DNA of 64,000 bases from Octopus bimaculoides (lineage: Eukaryota). This document shows positions 1 to 13,458 of the stretch, one piece after another; within the stretch, counting starts at the first letter, position 1, and every line of letters starts with the position of its first letter. Location of the stretch: the NCBI RefSeq assembly GCF_001194135.2, contig NC_068982.1:3768946-3832945 (forward strand). Reading direction: 5' to 3'. The position numbers and the translations under genes are program-made. Below the pieces are notes generated by a model. It made no database searches. It was not told where the DNA came from and saw only the letters and a program-made list of their open reading frames with translations.

Positions 1-596
1 GGGGACAGTCGATTACATCAACCCCCAGTGTTTAACTGGTATTTATTTTACTGATCCCCGAAAGGATGAAAGGCAAAGTCAACCCCAGCGGCATTAGAAA
101 TCAGAATGTGACGACACTGTATGACATTATAATCTTTCCTACTCTAGGCACAAGGCCCGAAATTTTTTGGAAGCGGGGTGGGGGCAGTCGATTAGATCAA
201 TCCCAGTATGCAACTGGTATTTAATTCATCGACCTCGAAAGGATGCAAGGCAAAGTCGACCCCAGCGGAATTTGAACTCAGAACATGGAGACTGTATGAC
301 ACTATAGATGACAGCTCAAATGGCTCACATGTACAAACCCCACCCCCTGCCATTACCGACTTGAGTAAATATTCCGGGTTGAAAGGATAAACTAAGGGAT
401 GACTAATACCCTCAAATACTCATGTATGTATAACCTTTTGTATATACAGCCATGTATTTGGATCAACAATTTTATATATGCGTACGTGTGTGTTTTGTTC
501 AGTGGTGTTCCTCTTTTGATGTTATTTTTAGCTTTTCAAGTTTGTTTGCATACAAGGTAATAAAATATTCTTAATTTATTTCTACTTGCTATATAG

Positions 597-970
597 GCAC
601 AGGTGAGGCTGTGTGGTAAGAAGCTTGCACCCCAACCACACAGTCCTAGGTTCAGTCCCACCGCATGGTACTTTGGGCAAGTGTCTTCTACTTTAGCCTC
701 GAGCCAACCAAAGCCTTGTGAGTGAATTTGGTAGATGGAAACTGGAAGAAGCCCGCCGTGTGTGTATGTGTGTCTGTGTTTGTCCCCCGCCACCATAGCT
801 TGACAACCAATGTTGGTGTGTTTACGTCCCTGTAACTTAGCAGTTTGGCAAAAGAGACTGATACAATAAGTACTAGGCTTACAAAGAATAAGTCCTGGGG
901 TCGATTTGTTCGACTAAAAGGTGGTGCTCCAGCATGGCCACAGTCAAATGACTGAAACAAGTAAAAGAAT
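597..970 (+). mobile_element. tRNA-headed SINE family A (about 370 bp)
   Basis: ggctgtgtggtaagaagcttgc...ggttcagtccca...ccttgggcaagtgtctt...(tg)n...taacttagc...gcatggccacagtcaaatgactgaaacaagtaaaagaat. Other copies: 4595-4925, 7270-7460, 9365-9725, 10800-10975(-), 23225-23405, 39385-39755, 43625-43985(-), 59315-59955. Confidence 0.88.
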
Positions 971-1454
971 GTGTGCGTTTCTTTGCATCTGCGTATGTCC
1001 CCCATCACCACTTGACAACCTGTGTTGGTGTGTTTATGTCCCTATAACTTAGCAGTTTGGCAATGGAGACAGAATAAGTAAATGTAAATACTGGGGTTGT
1101 TTTATTGAACTAAAAGGTGCAAGGCAATGCCCCAGCATGGCCACAATTTAATGACTGAAACAAGTAAAAGATAATACAAGATATGCCACCATTTAATTTT
1201 AGAGTTTGAAGAATCTGAAAAACTTGCTTTTTCAAAGAAAATTTAAACTGTATAAAGCAACGCAGAGAGGAAAGACAAGAAGCAGAAAAAATAGTTTGAG
1301 TTTAAAAATGTATCCATTGTTAGAACTGGAGAAAAAAAAACAGGTTAAACTTGTTCGAAATCAACTTCACTGATTCTCAGCAAGTTTAGTAACATTGCGA
1401 AAATTCCTTATGTTCTTTTTAACTTGCAATGATTAAAATGGCTTCTTTTCATTC

Positions 1455-1990
1455 CATAGCTATATATATATATGTACACACACACATAGATACACATACA
1501 TATATATACACATATACTCATATATTCACATACACACACATATACACATACACACACACAAACATACATATATACACACATACAAACATACATATATATA
1601 CACACATACAAACATACACACAAACATTCACAAACACATATATCACATATATACATACACACATACATATATACACATATATATATCACATATACGTACA
1701 TATATGCACACACAAACACATATACACACACAAACACATATACACAAACACCTACACACATACATATACACACACACATATATACACACATACACACACA
1801 CANNNNNNNNNNTATATGCACACACAAACACATATACACACACAAACACATATACACAAACAAACACATATACACAAACACATACACACATACATATACA
1901 CACACACATATATACACACATACACACACACACACACAAACACTTATACACACACACAAACACACATATATATATATATATACACACACA
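1455..1990. repeat. Compound (AC)/(AT) microsatellite array
   Basis: Direct inspection; contains a 10-N gap at 1803-1812. Confidence 0.97.
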
Positions 1991-2559
1991 CATTTCTCAG
2001 TCTTATGGCTAAGATCAAGGTCTAATATCTACTAACAGTTTAATAGATATATATAGATAGACAGACAGGTAGGTAGGTAGGTAAGTAGGTAGGTAGGTAG
2101 GCAGGTAGACAGCGGAAGAGAAGGTGAGAGCAGAAAAACTGAAGATAGTAAAAGAATATGAAAGAAATGCCATTTGCAGAAGTTGACTCTCAGCAGACAC
2201 AGAACATTGCATGATTCACTTTCCCATTCTAGCTTTTGATATTTGAACAGCAAAATATATTAGAAAATCTTACAGAACTCAATGGTGGGCAAAAGGAAAA
2301 AAAAAAGGAAGAAATCAAATGAATTTATCCCTTTTTATCTTTGCCTGTTTGACTTCATTAATAAGAAAAATAAATGTAAACCAATGCAAGACAGAAGGCA
2401 CATAGAAGGACTTGTTGATTTCTTCAAAAGGAAAACTGATCTACGTTTTCCATGTTAATTATAGGGAAGAANNNNNNNNNNNNNNNNNNNNNNNNNNNNN
2501 NNNNNNNNNNNNNNNNNNNNNNNNNNNNNNNNNNNNNNNNNNNNNNNNNNNNNNNNNNA

Positions 2560-2598
<39 letters not shown>

Positions 2599-2911
2599 GA
2601 AAGAGTACTCTTTATGGGGTCTTTTGATTCGTTTGGAGATAAATTTATATACATCAGGCTCGACATAAATAAATTAATTAAAAACACAAGCTACTACAAA
2701 TTGTGGAAACATTCTTCAAAGGGAAAAGTTGTAAGCTTTAAATAAAAAAAAAAAGATATAAATTTGAGTAGTGGGGAATCCAGAAATATGATTTAGGGAA
2801 TAACAAAAGAAAAACTTTTTTTAAAAAAAAGGGAAGGTGTAAGGAGGCGAGAACAGTTCTCCAAATTTCTTCTAAATTGTTTTGTAAAACAAAATGATTT
2901 AGCTAACTTAA

Positions 2912-3335
2912 TACAGTTCTATACTTAAGAGATGAGGAATTATGTACATTATTTACCTTATTTACATTTGACAGATATTTGTCCTCATCTTGTTTGTTGT
3001 TAACACAACGTTTCGGCTGATATACCCTCCAGCCTTCTTCAGGTGTCTTGGGGAAATTTCGAACCTGGGTTCTCATTCCTAAGGTATTTTCTCCATGTTA
3101 TTAACCACTACACCATATGCCCACGGACATATGGCGTAGTGGTTAAGAGCACAGGCTACTAACCCCAGGATTCTAAGTTCGATTCCAGGCAGTGACTTGA
3201 ATAATAATGATAATAATAAAAATAATAATAATAACAATGATAATAATAACATTGAAAAATACATTAGGAATGAGAACCCAGGTTCGAAATTTCCCCAAGA
3301 CACCTGATGAAGGCTGGAGGGTGTATTGGCGGAAA
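2912..3335. mobile_element. Family D fold-back element
   Basis: Same architecture. The minus-strand hammerhead near 3003-3047 has a CUGAAGA core; the right arm is truncated. Confidence 0.88.
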
Positions 3336-3928
3336 TGTTATGTAAGTCAATTACGTCAACCCCACTACATGACTGGTACTTATTTTATTGACCCATTCCC
3401 CAACAAAGTATAAAAGGGCAAAGTCAACCTCGGCAGGATTTGAACTCAGAACATAAGGAGAGATCAAATGTCGTAAAAGCATTCTGCTGGACATGCTAAC
3501 GAGTCTGCGGGGAATGCTAACGAGTCTGTGGGTCATTCTTTTATTCTTTTAATTGTTTCAGTAATTTGACTACGGCCATGCTGGAGCACAACCTTTATTA
3601 GAACAAATCTACCCAAGGACTTCTTCGTTATAAGCCCAGTAGTTATTCTATCGGTTCTTTTGCTGAACCGCTACATTACAGGCACGTAAAACACCAGCAT
3701 CATTTGTCATCTGATGTTATGGCGGGGGGACAAGCATACACACACACACACACATACATATATGTAAAAACGCTTCTCAAAGCAAACTTCGTTTGTTTGT
3801 TTACGTTTATCGTAATTTGAATTTAATANNNNNNNNNNNNNNNNNNNNNNNNNNNNNNNNNNNNNNNNNNNNNNNNNNNNNNNNNNNNNNNNNNNNNNNN
3901 NNNNNNNNNNNNNNNNNNNNNNNNNNNN

Positions 3929-4190
3929 TCAAACTCTCCTTTGCAATGGCAATAAAGAAGGCACAGGGTCAATCATTGCAAACGTTTGGTTAATTCTCTG
4001 CAGAGCAAGTGTTCTCCCACGGTCAACATTATGTTGGATGCTCCCGTGTTGGCAGGCCACAAAGTCTATACATTTGAGCATCAGAAGGGAAAACAAGAAA
4101 CATCGCCTACAAAGAAGCGCTCCACTGAAAAGACTGCATTTCTTCACATCTTCCAAATCACCCGTCATCTGCCGCCGTGCCAGCCAATGT
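3929..4190 (+). mobile_element. Helitron Rep/Helicase C-terminal remnant (PIF1-type helicase motifs V-VI)
   Basis: KLSFAMAIKKAQGQSL...VFSHGQHYVGCSRVG-P--L-I---EGKTRNIAYKEAL with internal stops. Confidence 0.85.
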
Positions 4191-5996
4191 AAGTCAATGA
4201 TGCACAACTTCACTCATTCACTCTATCTCTCTTTCTCTCACACATGCACTCTATCTCTCTTTCTCTCACACATGCACACACACACGCACGTCCATTTCGT
4301 ATATCTTTTTATGGATACAATTGCTTACAAAAATTGGGATTAATGTATAATTTCTTTCTATGTTCATAATTAAATAAATGTTTTAATGATTATACAGACG
4401 TCCAATAGAATAGCTCTCAGAAACAGACTACGTACAAATTCTTTCTTCACAACTCCTGAAGCCATTTTCTGACAGGGGGCTGATAAAATCTTCATATAGC
4501 TAGAGGCTCCAATCGAAACAGGGGACCCGAAATGATAAGGTTGAGAAACGCTGTTATAGATTATGCCTAACCGAAAACGATCACAGCCCCATCATCCAAG
4601 CTGTGTGGTAAGAAGCTTGCTTACTTACCAGCCACATGGTTCTGGGTTCATTCCCACTACATGGCACCTTGGGCAAGTGTCTTCTACTAGAGCCTTGGAC
4701 CAACCAAAGCCTTGTAAGTGGATTTGGTAGACGGAAGCTGAAAGAAGCCTGTCGTATATGTGTATATGGTTGTGTGTCTGTTTTTCCAACCAACATTGCT
4801 TGACAACCGATGCTGGTGTTTATATCCCCATAACTTACTGATTCGGCTTAAGGGATTAATAGAATAAGTACTAGTCAATTTGCTCGACTAAAGGCGGTGC
4901 TCCAGCATGACAACAGTCAGATGACACAGGCCAGCAACTTGGGGGGAGGGTGCTAGTCAATTACATTGACACCAGGGAGCAACTGGTACTTGACCCCGAA
5001 AGGATGAAAGGCAAAGTCAACCCTGGATGAATTTGAACTCAAAATGTCAACACAGACGAAATACTACCAAGCATTTTGTCCAGCAGCACTGTAATGGTTC
5101 TGGCCAGTTCACAACCTTACCAACAACTCATGTTAATGACATGTGAAGGAGGAGAGAGGCTTGATAAGACATATAACTCCTGACACAAATAGTAAAACGC
5201 AAATAACATCGAGTTGTTATGGTGGAAGTCTGCTGAAAATTTGCATCAATCCTCTCAGCCACTAGTTTTTAATTTTATCAACTTTGGAAGGATACAAAGA
5301 AGAATCAAACTGCTGAAATGAAACTCATTTAACCTTCTCTCCCACCACATCTATACAAGACATCCACATATCAATAGCAATACTTTCTACTTAAGTAACC
5401 CAAATCCTATCTAATCATCATCATCATCATCGTTTAACATCCACCTTCCATGCGGGCACAGGTTGGACAGTTTGACAGGAGCCGGCCTGCACCAGACTTC
5501 TGTGACTGTTTTGGCAGGGTTTTTACAGCTGGATGCCCTTCCTAACACCAACCACTCAGCAGAGTGGACTTAGTGCTTGTTACGTGGCACTAGCACAGGT
5601 GAGGTCAGGTTTGGCAATGTTTTTACAGCTGGATGCCCTTCCAAATGCCAACCACTTTATAATGTGGACTGGATGCTTTTTAAGTGGTACCTGCACTGGC
5701 AGAGTCACCTTGCAAGACAATTAATCAGGTATTTTGACCACAAAGTCCTAAGTTTAAAAATAGCTTTACTAAAATCACTAAGAAGTAATAAGACTTTATC
5801 GGAGACAAATACTTCACCCACAACATTCCAAATTTCTCATCTGTTTTGTTTTAATATTTACATCAATAAAAACACTGGAAATAAAAGTGGTCGATGAGGG
5901 AGAAGAGAAGGGAGAGAGTGAGAAACGTGAACATGAAGGAGAGAGAGAGAGGGAGAGAGGTAAAGAAAGAGAGAAGGATCAGTTATTTTATATATA

Positions 5997-6002
5997 TTTA
6001 TT
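5997..6002 (-). terminator. Candidate AATAAA polyadenylation signal of CDC27
   Basis: AATAAA on the minus strand about 690 nt after the stop, followed by a pyrimidine-rich tract. Alternatives lie at 6271-6276 and 6284-6289. Confidence 0.3.
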
Positions 6003-6691
6003 ATTTCCTTTGAGCTGTCAAAGCAATTGTTGTTGTAGAAACAACAAGGCTGAGAGAAGTTATGGTAATAAACAATAAAAGGAAAAGTCAGAATTCTTGG
6101 ACACATATATCTACTAATACCAATTTGCCTAGCAGATATTTCGTCTTCAGTTCTTTTTGGGAGGTTTTGTTTTTTTCCTGAAAGTTTTTTTTTTTTTAAT
6201 TTTAATATTTGTGGAGGAGGTGTTACAATTTGTTTGTATGAGAGTGTTTATGTGTGGGTGTGTGTGTGCTTTTATTTTTTTCTTTTATTTTTTTTTGTAA
6301 TATTTTTTTTACTTGGAATTTCTGTTTAGTTTTCAGCTAACAATACAAGAAGCTGAATATCAGCTGTCATTTGGAAATGTTTATCTGTCTCTGACAGTTT
6401 GGAGGAGGAGGAGGAGGAGAGAGAAGAGAGAAAGAGTCACAAAAAAAAAACAAAACAAAAAGCTTGTGTCCATCTGGTTTGGTTGATTGATCATCTTGCT
6501 ATCTTTCCATTTGGTTAATAACAAAGCAGACCATGTGTTGTTGTTGTTGTTGTCACCATCTGTGATCTTCCTTCTGCTTCCTGCTCCAGTGCCACCGCCA
6601 CCAGCATCCAACCCCCCCCCCTTGTACATACAGGCATACATACACCACATCACTAACTGCCAAACCAACCACCAACACTAGTCAGCCACTA

Positions 6692-6822
6692 TCACAAACT
6701 CTCATCGCTCTCCATGGCCTGCAATTGAAGGTCCTCGTGATCAATATTGGAAATGTTAGAGGAATTGCTACGAGAAGCAGCCTCTTGAGAATCAGCCTCT
6801 CCACCGTTGTCGTCAACACCAA
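6692..6822 (-). CDS. CDC27: CDC27 last coding exon (131 nt, GVDDNGGEADSQ...EDLQLQAMESDESL*)
   Basis: ttgcag|TTGGTG; phase 1 matches the previous exon; acidic tail ending ESDESL-TGA. Confidence 0.92.
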
Positions 6823-9800
6823 CTGCAAAATTAGCAAAAAGAAGGAACAAAATATTATGGACCTGTTCAAATCTAAGAAAACAAGACATTTAGTAAAAAT
6901 AAATAAATAAAAACCTATTAATATCACTTGAGTTTGTTTTGTTGTTTTTTTCCTTCAATTTTTCAAAGATAAGAGACATTTTTCAACCAAAGAAATAATA
7001 AAGATACACAATAAGTGGGAGATTTCAAGTGTTGGATTACTTGACTGATATTGCTTAGGAATTGTAACTTTACCAAGTCATTAGTCATTGTGTGATGTTC
7101 TATAAAAAGGTATGTAACTCTGCTTGACTTGAGAAAGGCAAATGAACTAATTCCATAGAAGCATCAAGTGGTTAATGGGAGGAGGAAGGGCAGACAGCTA
7201 TGAAAACAAAACCTGGTTCTTAATCCATGGTTGCTAACAAGTTAAAAGCAAAATCTTCCACAAAGACTTAGGTGTGGCTAGGCACAGACCTGCCTGAGTG
7301 CTAAGAACCACCTGCTTCTCAACCACATGCTTCCAGGTTCAGTCCCAATGCATGATACCTTGGGCAAGTGTCTTCTCTCATAGCGACAGGCCAACAAAAG
7401 CCTTCTGAGTGGATTTGGTAAACGGAAACTGACAGAAACTTGTTGTGTATTTGTGTATATTTATATACATACACAGGGCCTCTCGCTCAGGATGAAAGGT
7501 AGACTGTATGATGCATGTGTGCAAACTGCCATGCTACATGGCAGTGGAACATGGGCCATGAATGCTGAGGACATGCAGAGGCTTGAAAGAAATGAAGCCA
7601 GTGTGCTTTACTGGATGTGTAATGTCAGTGTGCATACACGACAGAGTGTAAGCGCCCTGAGAGAAAAGTTGGGCATAAGAAGCATCAAATGTGGTGTACA
7701 AGAGAGGTGTCTGCACTGGTATGGCCATGTGTTACATATGAATAAAGACAGCTATGTGAGGAAGTGCCACTCCCTAACTGTAGAAGGAACCTGTGGAGGA
7801 GGTAGACTCAGGAAAACATGGGATGAGGTGGTGAAGCGTGACCTTCGAACAATGGGCCTCACAGAGTTAATGACGGGAGACCAGGACCTTTGGAGACATG
7901 CTGTGGTTGAGAAGACCCGGCAACTAAAGTGAGATTGCAGCCATGCATGTCTGGCCCTGTTAACAATACCCCTGATGCGTCAAGAGATATATGCTTGAAA
8001 AGACTTGTTGAGTCAAGTAAAACCAATATCGTAGCTGTGGCCAGTGCTCCCTTACTGGCTCCCATGCCAGTGGCACGTAAAAAGCACCATCCAAACATGG
8101 CAGATGCCAGGCCCACCTCGCTGGCTCCTGTGCCAGTGGCATGTAAAAAGCACCCACTACACTCTCAGAGTGGTTGGTGTTAGGAAGGGCATCCAGCTGT
8201 AGAAACTTTGCCAGATCAGATTGGAGCCTGGTGCAGCCTCTGGCTCACCAGTCCTCAGTCAAACCGTCCAACCCATGCCAGCATGGAAAACAGACGTTAA
8301 ACGATAATGATGATGATGATGTGTGTGTGTGTGTGTGAGACTATGTTTGTCCCTCTAAACTGCTTGACAACCAGTGTTGTGTGGGCATCTCTCTCAGAGT
8401 GAAAGACAGTGTATGATGCCTGTGTGCGAACAGCTATGCTACATGGCAGTGAAACATGGGCTGTGACAGCCGAAGACATGCGTAGTCTTGAAAGAAATGA
8501 AACCAGTATGGTTTGCTGGATGTGCAATGTCAGTGTGCAAGTTTGACAGAGTGTAAGTGTCTCGAGAGAAAAGCTGGGCATTAGAGGCATCAAATGTGTG
8601 CAAGAGAGATGACTGTGCTGGTATGGTATGTGAAGGAAGAAATGGAGAACAGGACAAGTAAACACAGAGAAAGGACCCTTTGTCAGTTGTCGGCTGTCTA
8701 TCTACTCCTCATTTCGAGCATTCAATGACACGCACACACGCACACATCCATGTATCTACAGCAAGACACCTGGATCTGTCCCTTCTACATTTTAAATCTC
8801 TCAACTGGCATAAAACTACATACCCTCGATACGACTCCCAACCGTCTCAGTTGAGAAACTTTTCTCGCCTTACCAAGTTAAATGGTGACCTCACTGGTGC
8901 TGGTGCCACATAAAAAGCACCCAGTAAACTCTGTAAAATGGTTGGCACTAGGAAGGGCGTCCAGCTGTAGAAACCATGCTTAAACAGACAATGTAGCCTG
9001 GTGCAGCTCCTGGCCTTGCCAACTCCTATTGAATCATTCCAACCCATGCCAGCATGGAAAACAGATGTTGAATGATGATGATGATGAATCTAAATATATA
9101 CATTCTTAGCTTTACATTCACATAAAAATTTGGAGTGAAAGACTGCACAGGGTGGACAGGGTGTACAATTTCAGTTTCTTTAGAATCAAGTAATCAAGAG
9201 ATATCTATTTCTAGACAAAGCACCAGTCTTTCACAGTTATCTTCCAAACATCTGATATTTAATCCTGATAACTGTGAAGTGAGAGCTGTAAAAAGCAATG
9301 AAATACTTGCAATCCAATCTCTCATGCCCCCAGCCAGTTTACCTAATTTGCACTAAATCCACATAGGTGCAGGAGTGGCTGTGTGGTAAGAAGCTTGCTT
9401 CCTAACCACATGGTTCCGGATTCAGTCCCACTGCGTGGTACCTTGGGCAAGTGTCTTCTACTATAGCCTCGGGCCACCCAAAGCCTTGTAAGTGGATTTG
9501 GTTGACGGAAACTGAAAGAAGCCCGTCGTATGTGTGTGTGTGTGTGTGTTGGTGCTGTCCCCCACCATCACTTGACAACCAGCGTTAGCGTGTTTACGTC
9601 CCTGTAACTTAGTGGTTCAGCTAAAGAAAAAGATAGAATAAGTACTAGGCTTACAAAGAATAAGTCCTGGGGGCCGATTTGTTCAACTAACAGTGGTGCT
9701 GCAGCATGGCCGCAGACAAAAGAATAAAAGAGTACTGCTTGAAATGGTCCAAACAAGGACACACGCCTCGCCCCACCCCCACCGTTTGTGAAGTGGTGAG

Positions 9801-12800
9801 AAAGTGAGTGATGAGAAGAGAGAACTTAACGAAACTCGTTACAAATGAAACCAATTACTGTCTATTGGTTGGTCAGTTCTTCACTTAGACATCTTTTACT
9901 TTTTTCCGGTCATTGGACTGTGGCCATGCTGGGGCACAGCCTTGAAAGACTTTTAACTGAATGAAAACAACCCCAGTACTTAGTTTTCTTAAGAGTGGTA
10001 CTTAAGTCATTTTTGCCAAACCACTAAGCTATGAGGATGTAAACACACCAACACCAGTTGTCAAGTGCTGACAGGACACACACACACATTACCGAACATA
10101 TATAATGAGCTCTGCTTGTTCACCAGAAGGCTGCAGTTTGAGTGTTAAAGCACCTAAAAGTCACAGATAGGTGAGACAACTCACCCAGAGTCCCTTTCAG
10201 GAGTGATGGCCATCAATGTTTCACCATTTTTGTGGCTTATCAACATCACGTACCTGAACTGAATTGGAGGCGAAACTGGATTACCAGTCTATGACTATAT
10301 CTATATATGTATATATATATATATATCATTGTCATCATCATCATCGTTTAACGTCTGTTTTCCATGCTGGCATGGGTTGGACGATTTGACTGAAGTCTGG
10401 AGAGCCAGTGGTTGCACCAGGCTCCAATCTGATCTGGCAAGGTTTCTACAGCTGGATGCCTTTCCTAACGCCAACCATTCCAAAAGAGTAGTGGGTGCTT
10501 TTTACATGTCACTGGCACAGGAGCCAGTCAGGGGGCACAAGCATCGGCCACGTTCAAATAGTGCTTTTTATATGCCACCAGCATGGGAGCCTATATATAT
10601 ATATATATATATATATNNNNNNNNNNNNNNNNNNNNNNNNNNNNNNNNNNNNNNTACCTCTCAACTGCATCAATGCGCACCGGCCCCCCTCACTGATATG
10701 AGGCCCCGCTTGCTAGATCAACTGATTAATAAAACAAAGCTCAATATTTCTCTAGCCATCGCTCATCGTCTCTTTTTAACCAAATCCAGTGGCTAGCCTT
10801 CTCCACTGTAGTTTGGATATATATATGATGGGCTGGGCTTCTTCCAGTTTCCATCAACCACATTGACTCAGAAGGCTTTAGTTGTCCCAATGCTATAGTG
10901 GAAGACACTTGCCCAAGGTGCCATGCAGTGGGACTGAACTCAGGGTGGGAAGCAAGCATCTTACCATACAGCCATATCTTTAGTCTCATAACTTAATATG
11001 TAACACTCCAGAACACTGTGTGCATTTAAAGATTAGGTTATCTAAATGCTAAAACAACTTGAGGGTGGGTGTGTGTGTATTGGAGCATTACAATCAACTG
11101 AATGTAGAATGTATCTGATGACAATCTGAAACTAATTGGTATTAAGAATCAGTAGCAAGCTGAGAATGTACAATGAAGCTCTGATTACCATTCAATACAA
11201 ACAGGAATAAGTAAATAGGTGCATACATAATCAATAAATGGCCATAACGATTCTAACAAAATACACGACTAATCAAGAACCTTCCCTGCATCATTCCCAT
11301 GTTATTTCAATCCTACAGATTCTCACAGGAGAGGGTAAACATCTTTATCAATTATGTCCACTTTCAATGCTTTGTAATTGTTTAAAGCAGTTTTGGAATT
11401 TAACAAAACAATTTCCAATGCAAAGATGAATAGCAAAAAGAAACTAAATTAACTCAAGTAAATCAGATGGTTATTCTTCATCATTTAACATCTATTTTCC
11501 ATGCTGGCATGGGTTGGACTGTTTGACAGGAGGTGGCCAGCTAGAGGGCTGCACCAGGCTCCAATTGTCTGTTTTTGCATAGTCTCCTCTAAGGTCGGAT
11601 GCCCTTCCTAACACCCACCACTTTACAGAGGCCCCAGCATAGGGGCTCTTTAAATGGCACCACCACGGGTGATTTTTACAAGGATTTCTAATCAACAGAC
11701 ATTAATGCCAGCTCAGTTGTCTCCTTTTGTCACACCTTGTCAAATCTTTTCATCTCAAGAGTGTATCTTCCAAAACACTTACCCTGCTCATATTTTTTCT
11801 CCAATCACCAACTTGCAGGTGTTCGATTAGGACACCAGAAATTCCAACCTTTCAATCTACCGTTAACCCAATACTAAGAGAGTCCAAAAGGATTTTGAAG
11901 CATCATTCTTTCCAAACCAACAAGAAAAATACAAAAAACAAAAAAGATACAATAAAGGACAAACAGTGATTAATGTTTCAAAATGCTTTACCTGGATCAT
12001 TCATTTTGACAAGAGAATCATCATCGTCTGTTACATAGCGTTTATCTATGCCTTCTTTAATTTGATTATTTATACCTTTTGGATCCAGGTCCATTGCCCA
12101 AGAAAAATTAGACAGAGCTAAATGGGTATTTCCAAGTTTTTTATGTACCTGCAAATGCAACAGAAAATTTTAGATTTTAATCCAGATTATCACTCAACAA
12201 ATTTTATTTCATTTCAAACTGTTGCCAAAGTTTATTTCTGTTATGACATTAAAATGAAGGACTTCAGAATTACAACTCAAGCTTGTAGGAGACAATGACC
12301 AGCGCAATAGAGGACCTGTGATATGGAAGGAGACCATGACAGAAGGCCCTCCAAAAAAACATTACACAGTGGTTGACATTATAGAAAGGGGGTGCACCTG
12401 TAGCAACTATACCAAAAAAAGAATATGTAGAAAAAGACTAGGTAGGAATTCCATAAAGCAAACTCTTTTATTGAGTATGGGCAGACAAGGGGTGGAGTGG
12501 GACCAGAAAGAAATTGGAAGAGGAGGTAAAGCTTCACATCCAACAGAGGCATAGTCTGCAGTAAGAACACAAGTTCCTACAAATGTTTAAAAAGCTCTGC
12601 AGTTGATGGCTTCTTACCACGATGACTTAATTAGTAGAAGAAGTGGCAGTTGTAGTTGTCTTCATCATCATCAATGCCAGTTTTCTATGTTGTTATGCAT
12701 GGAATGGAGAACTGCACCATGCACCAATTGTCTGTTTTGGCCTGGTTTCTACAGCTGGATGCCCTTCCTAACAGCAACCACTTTACAGAGTGTAGCTGGG

Positions 12801-13024
12801 TGTTTTTTTTAAGTGGCACCAGCACCTGCAGGGGTGCCAAGCATCTTGCAAGACAAGGACCTCTCAGTTGAGAGAGGGAGCAGAATTGAAAGAAGTGGCC
12901 ATGTGCCAGGCGAGAGGTAGGGGTACAATAGAGGAACAAGGATAGCTGGCTGACGACAGGAAATACTTGGTTACCTCAGTAGGACAAGGAAGAACAGGCA
13001 GGTGGAAGAGAGTTAGAGAGAAAA

Positions 13025-13061
<37 letters not shown>

Positions 13062-13361
13062 GTGAAGGATAGAATGAGAAGTATTCGTGAAGCTACCTCT
13101 GCTGGCAACAAAATGATTCAGTCAGAGTGAAGTGCAGATTGTATGATGCCTGCATATAAAGTGCTATGCTGCATGGTAGCAAGATGTGGGTCTTGTAATG
13201 AGGAAGATTTGTGAAGAAGGCAACACAGAAATGAGATGAGCAGGTTCAAGTGAACGAGTTATGGGGGACTGAACGCAGACAAGCTGAAGGGACAATTGGA
13301 TATTAGAGAAATTCAATGGAGAAAGCAAAAGAAAAGACTACACTGACAGAGGAATATCATG

Positions 13362-13458
<97 letters not shown>

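Noticed and set aside
1690-1940. Apparent ~110-bp direct duplication within the microsatellite
   Set aside because: The copies flank a 10-N gap, so this is most likely an unmerged contig overlap.
1408-2025. Long ORFs of CV/YI/HT repeats (also 62878-63231 and 13313-13594)
   Set aside because: Translations of microsatellites, some read through N-gaps; not coding.
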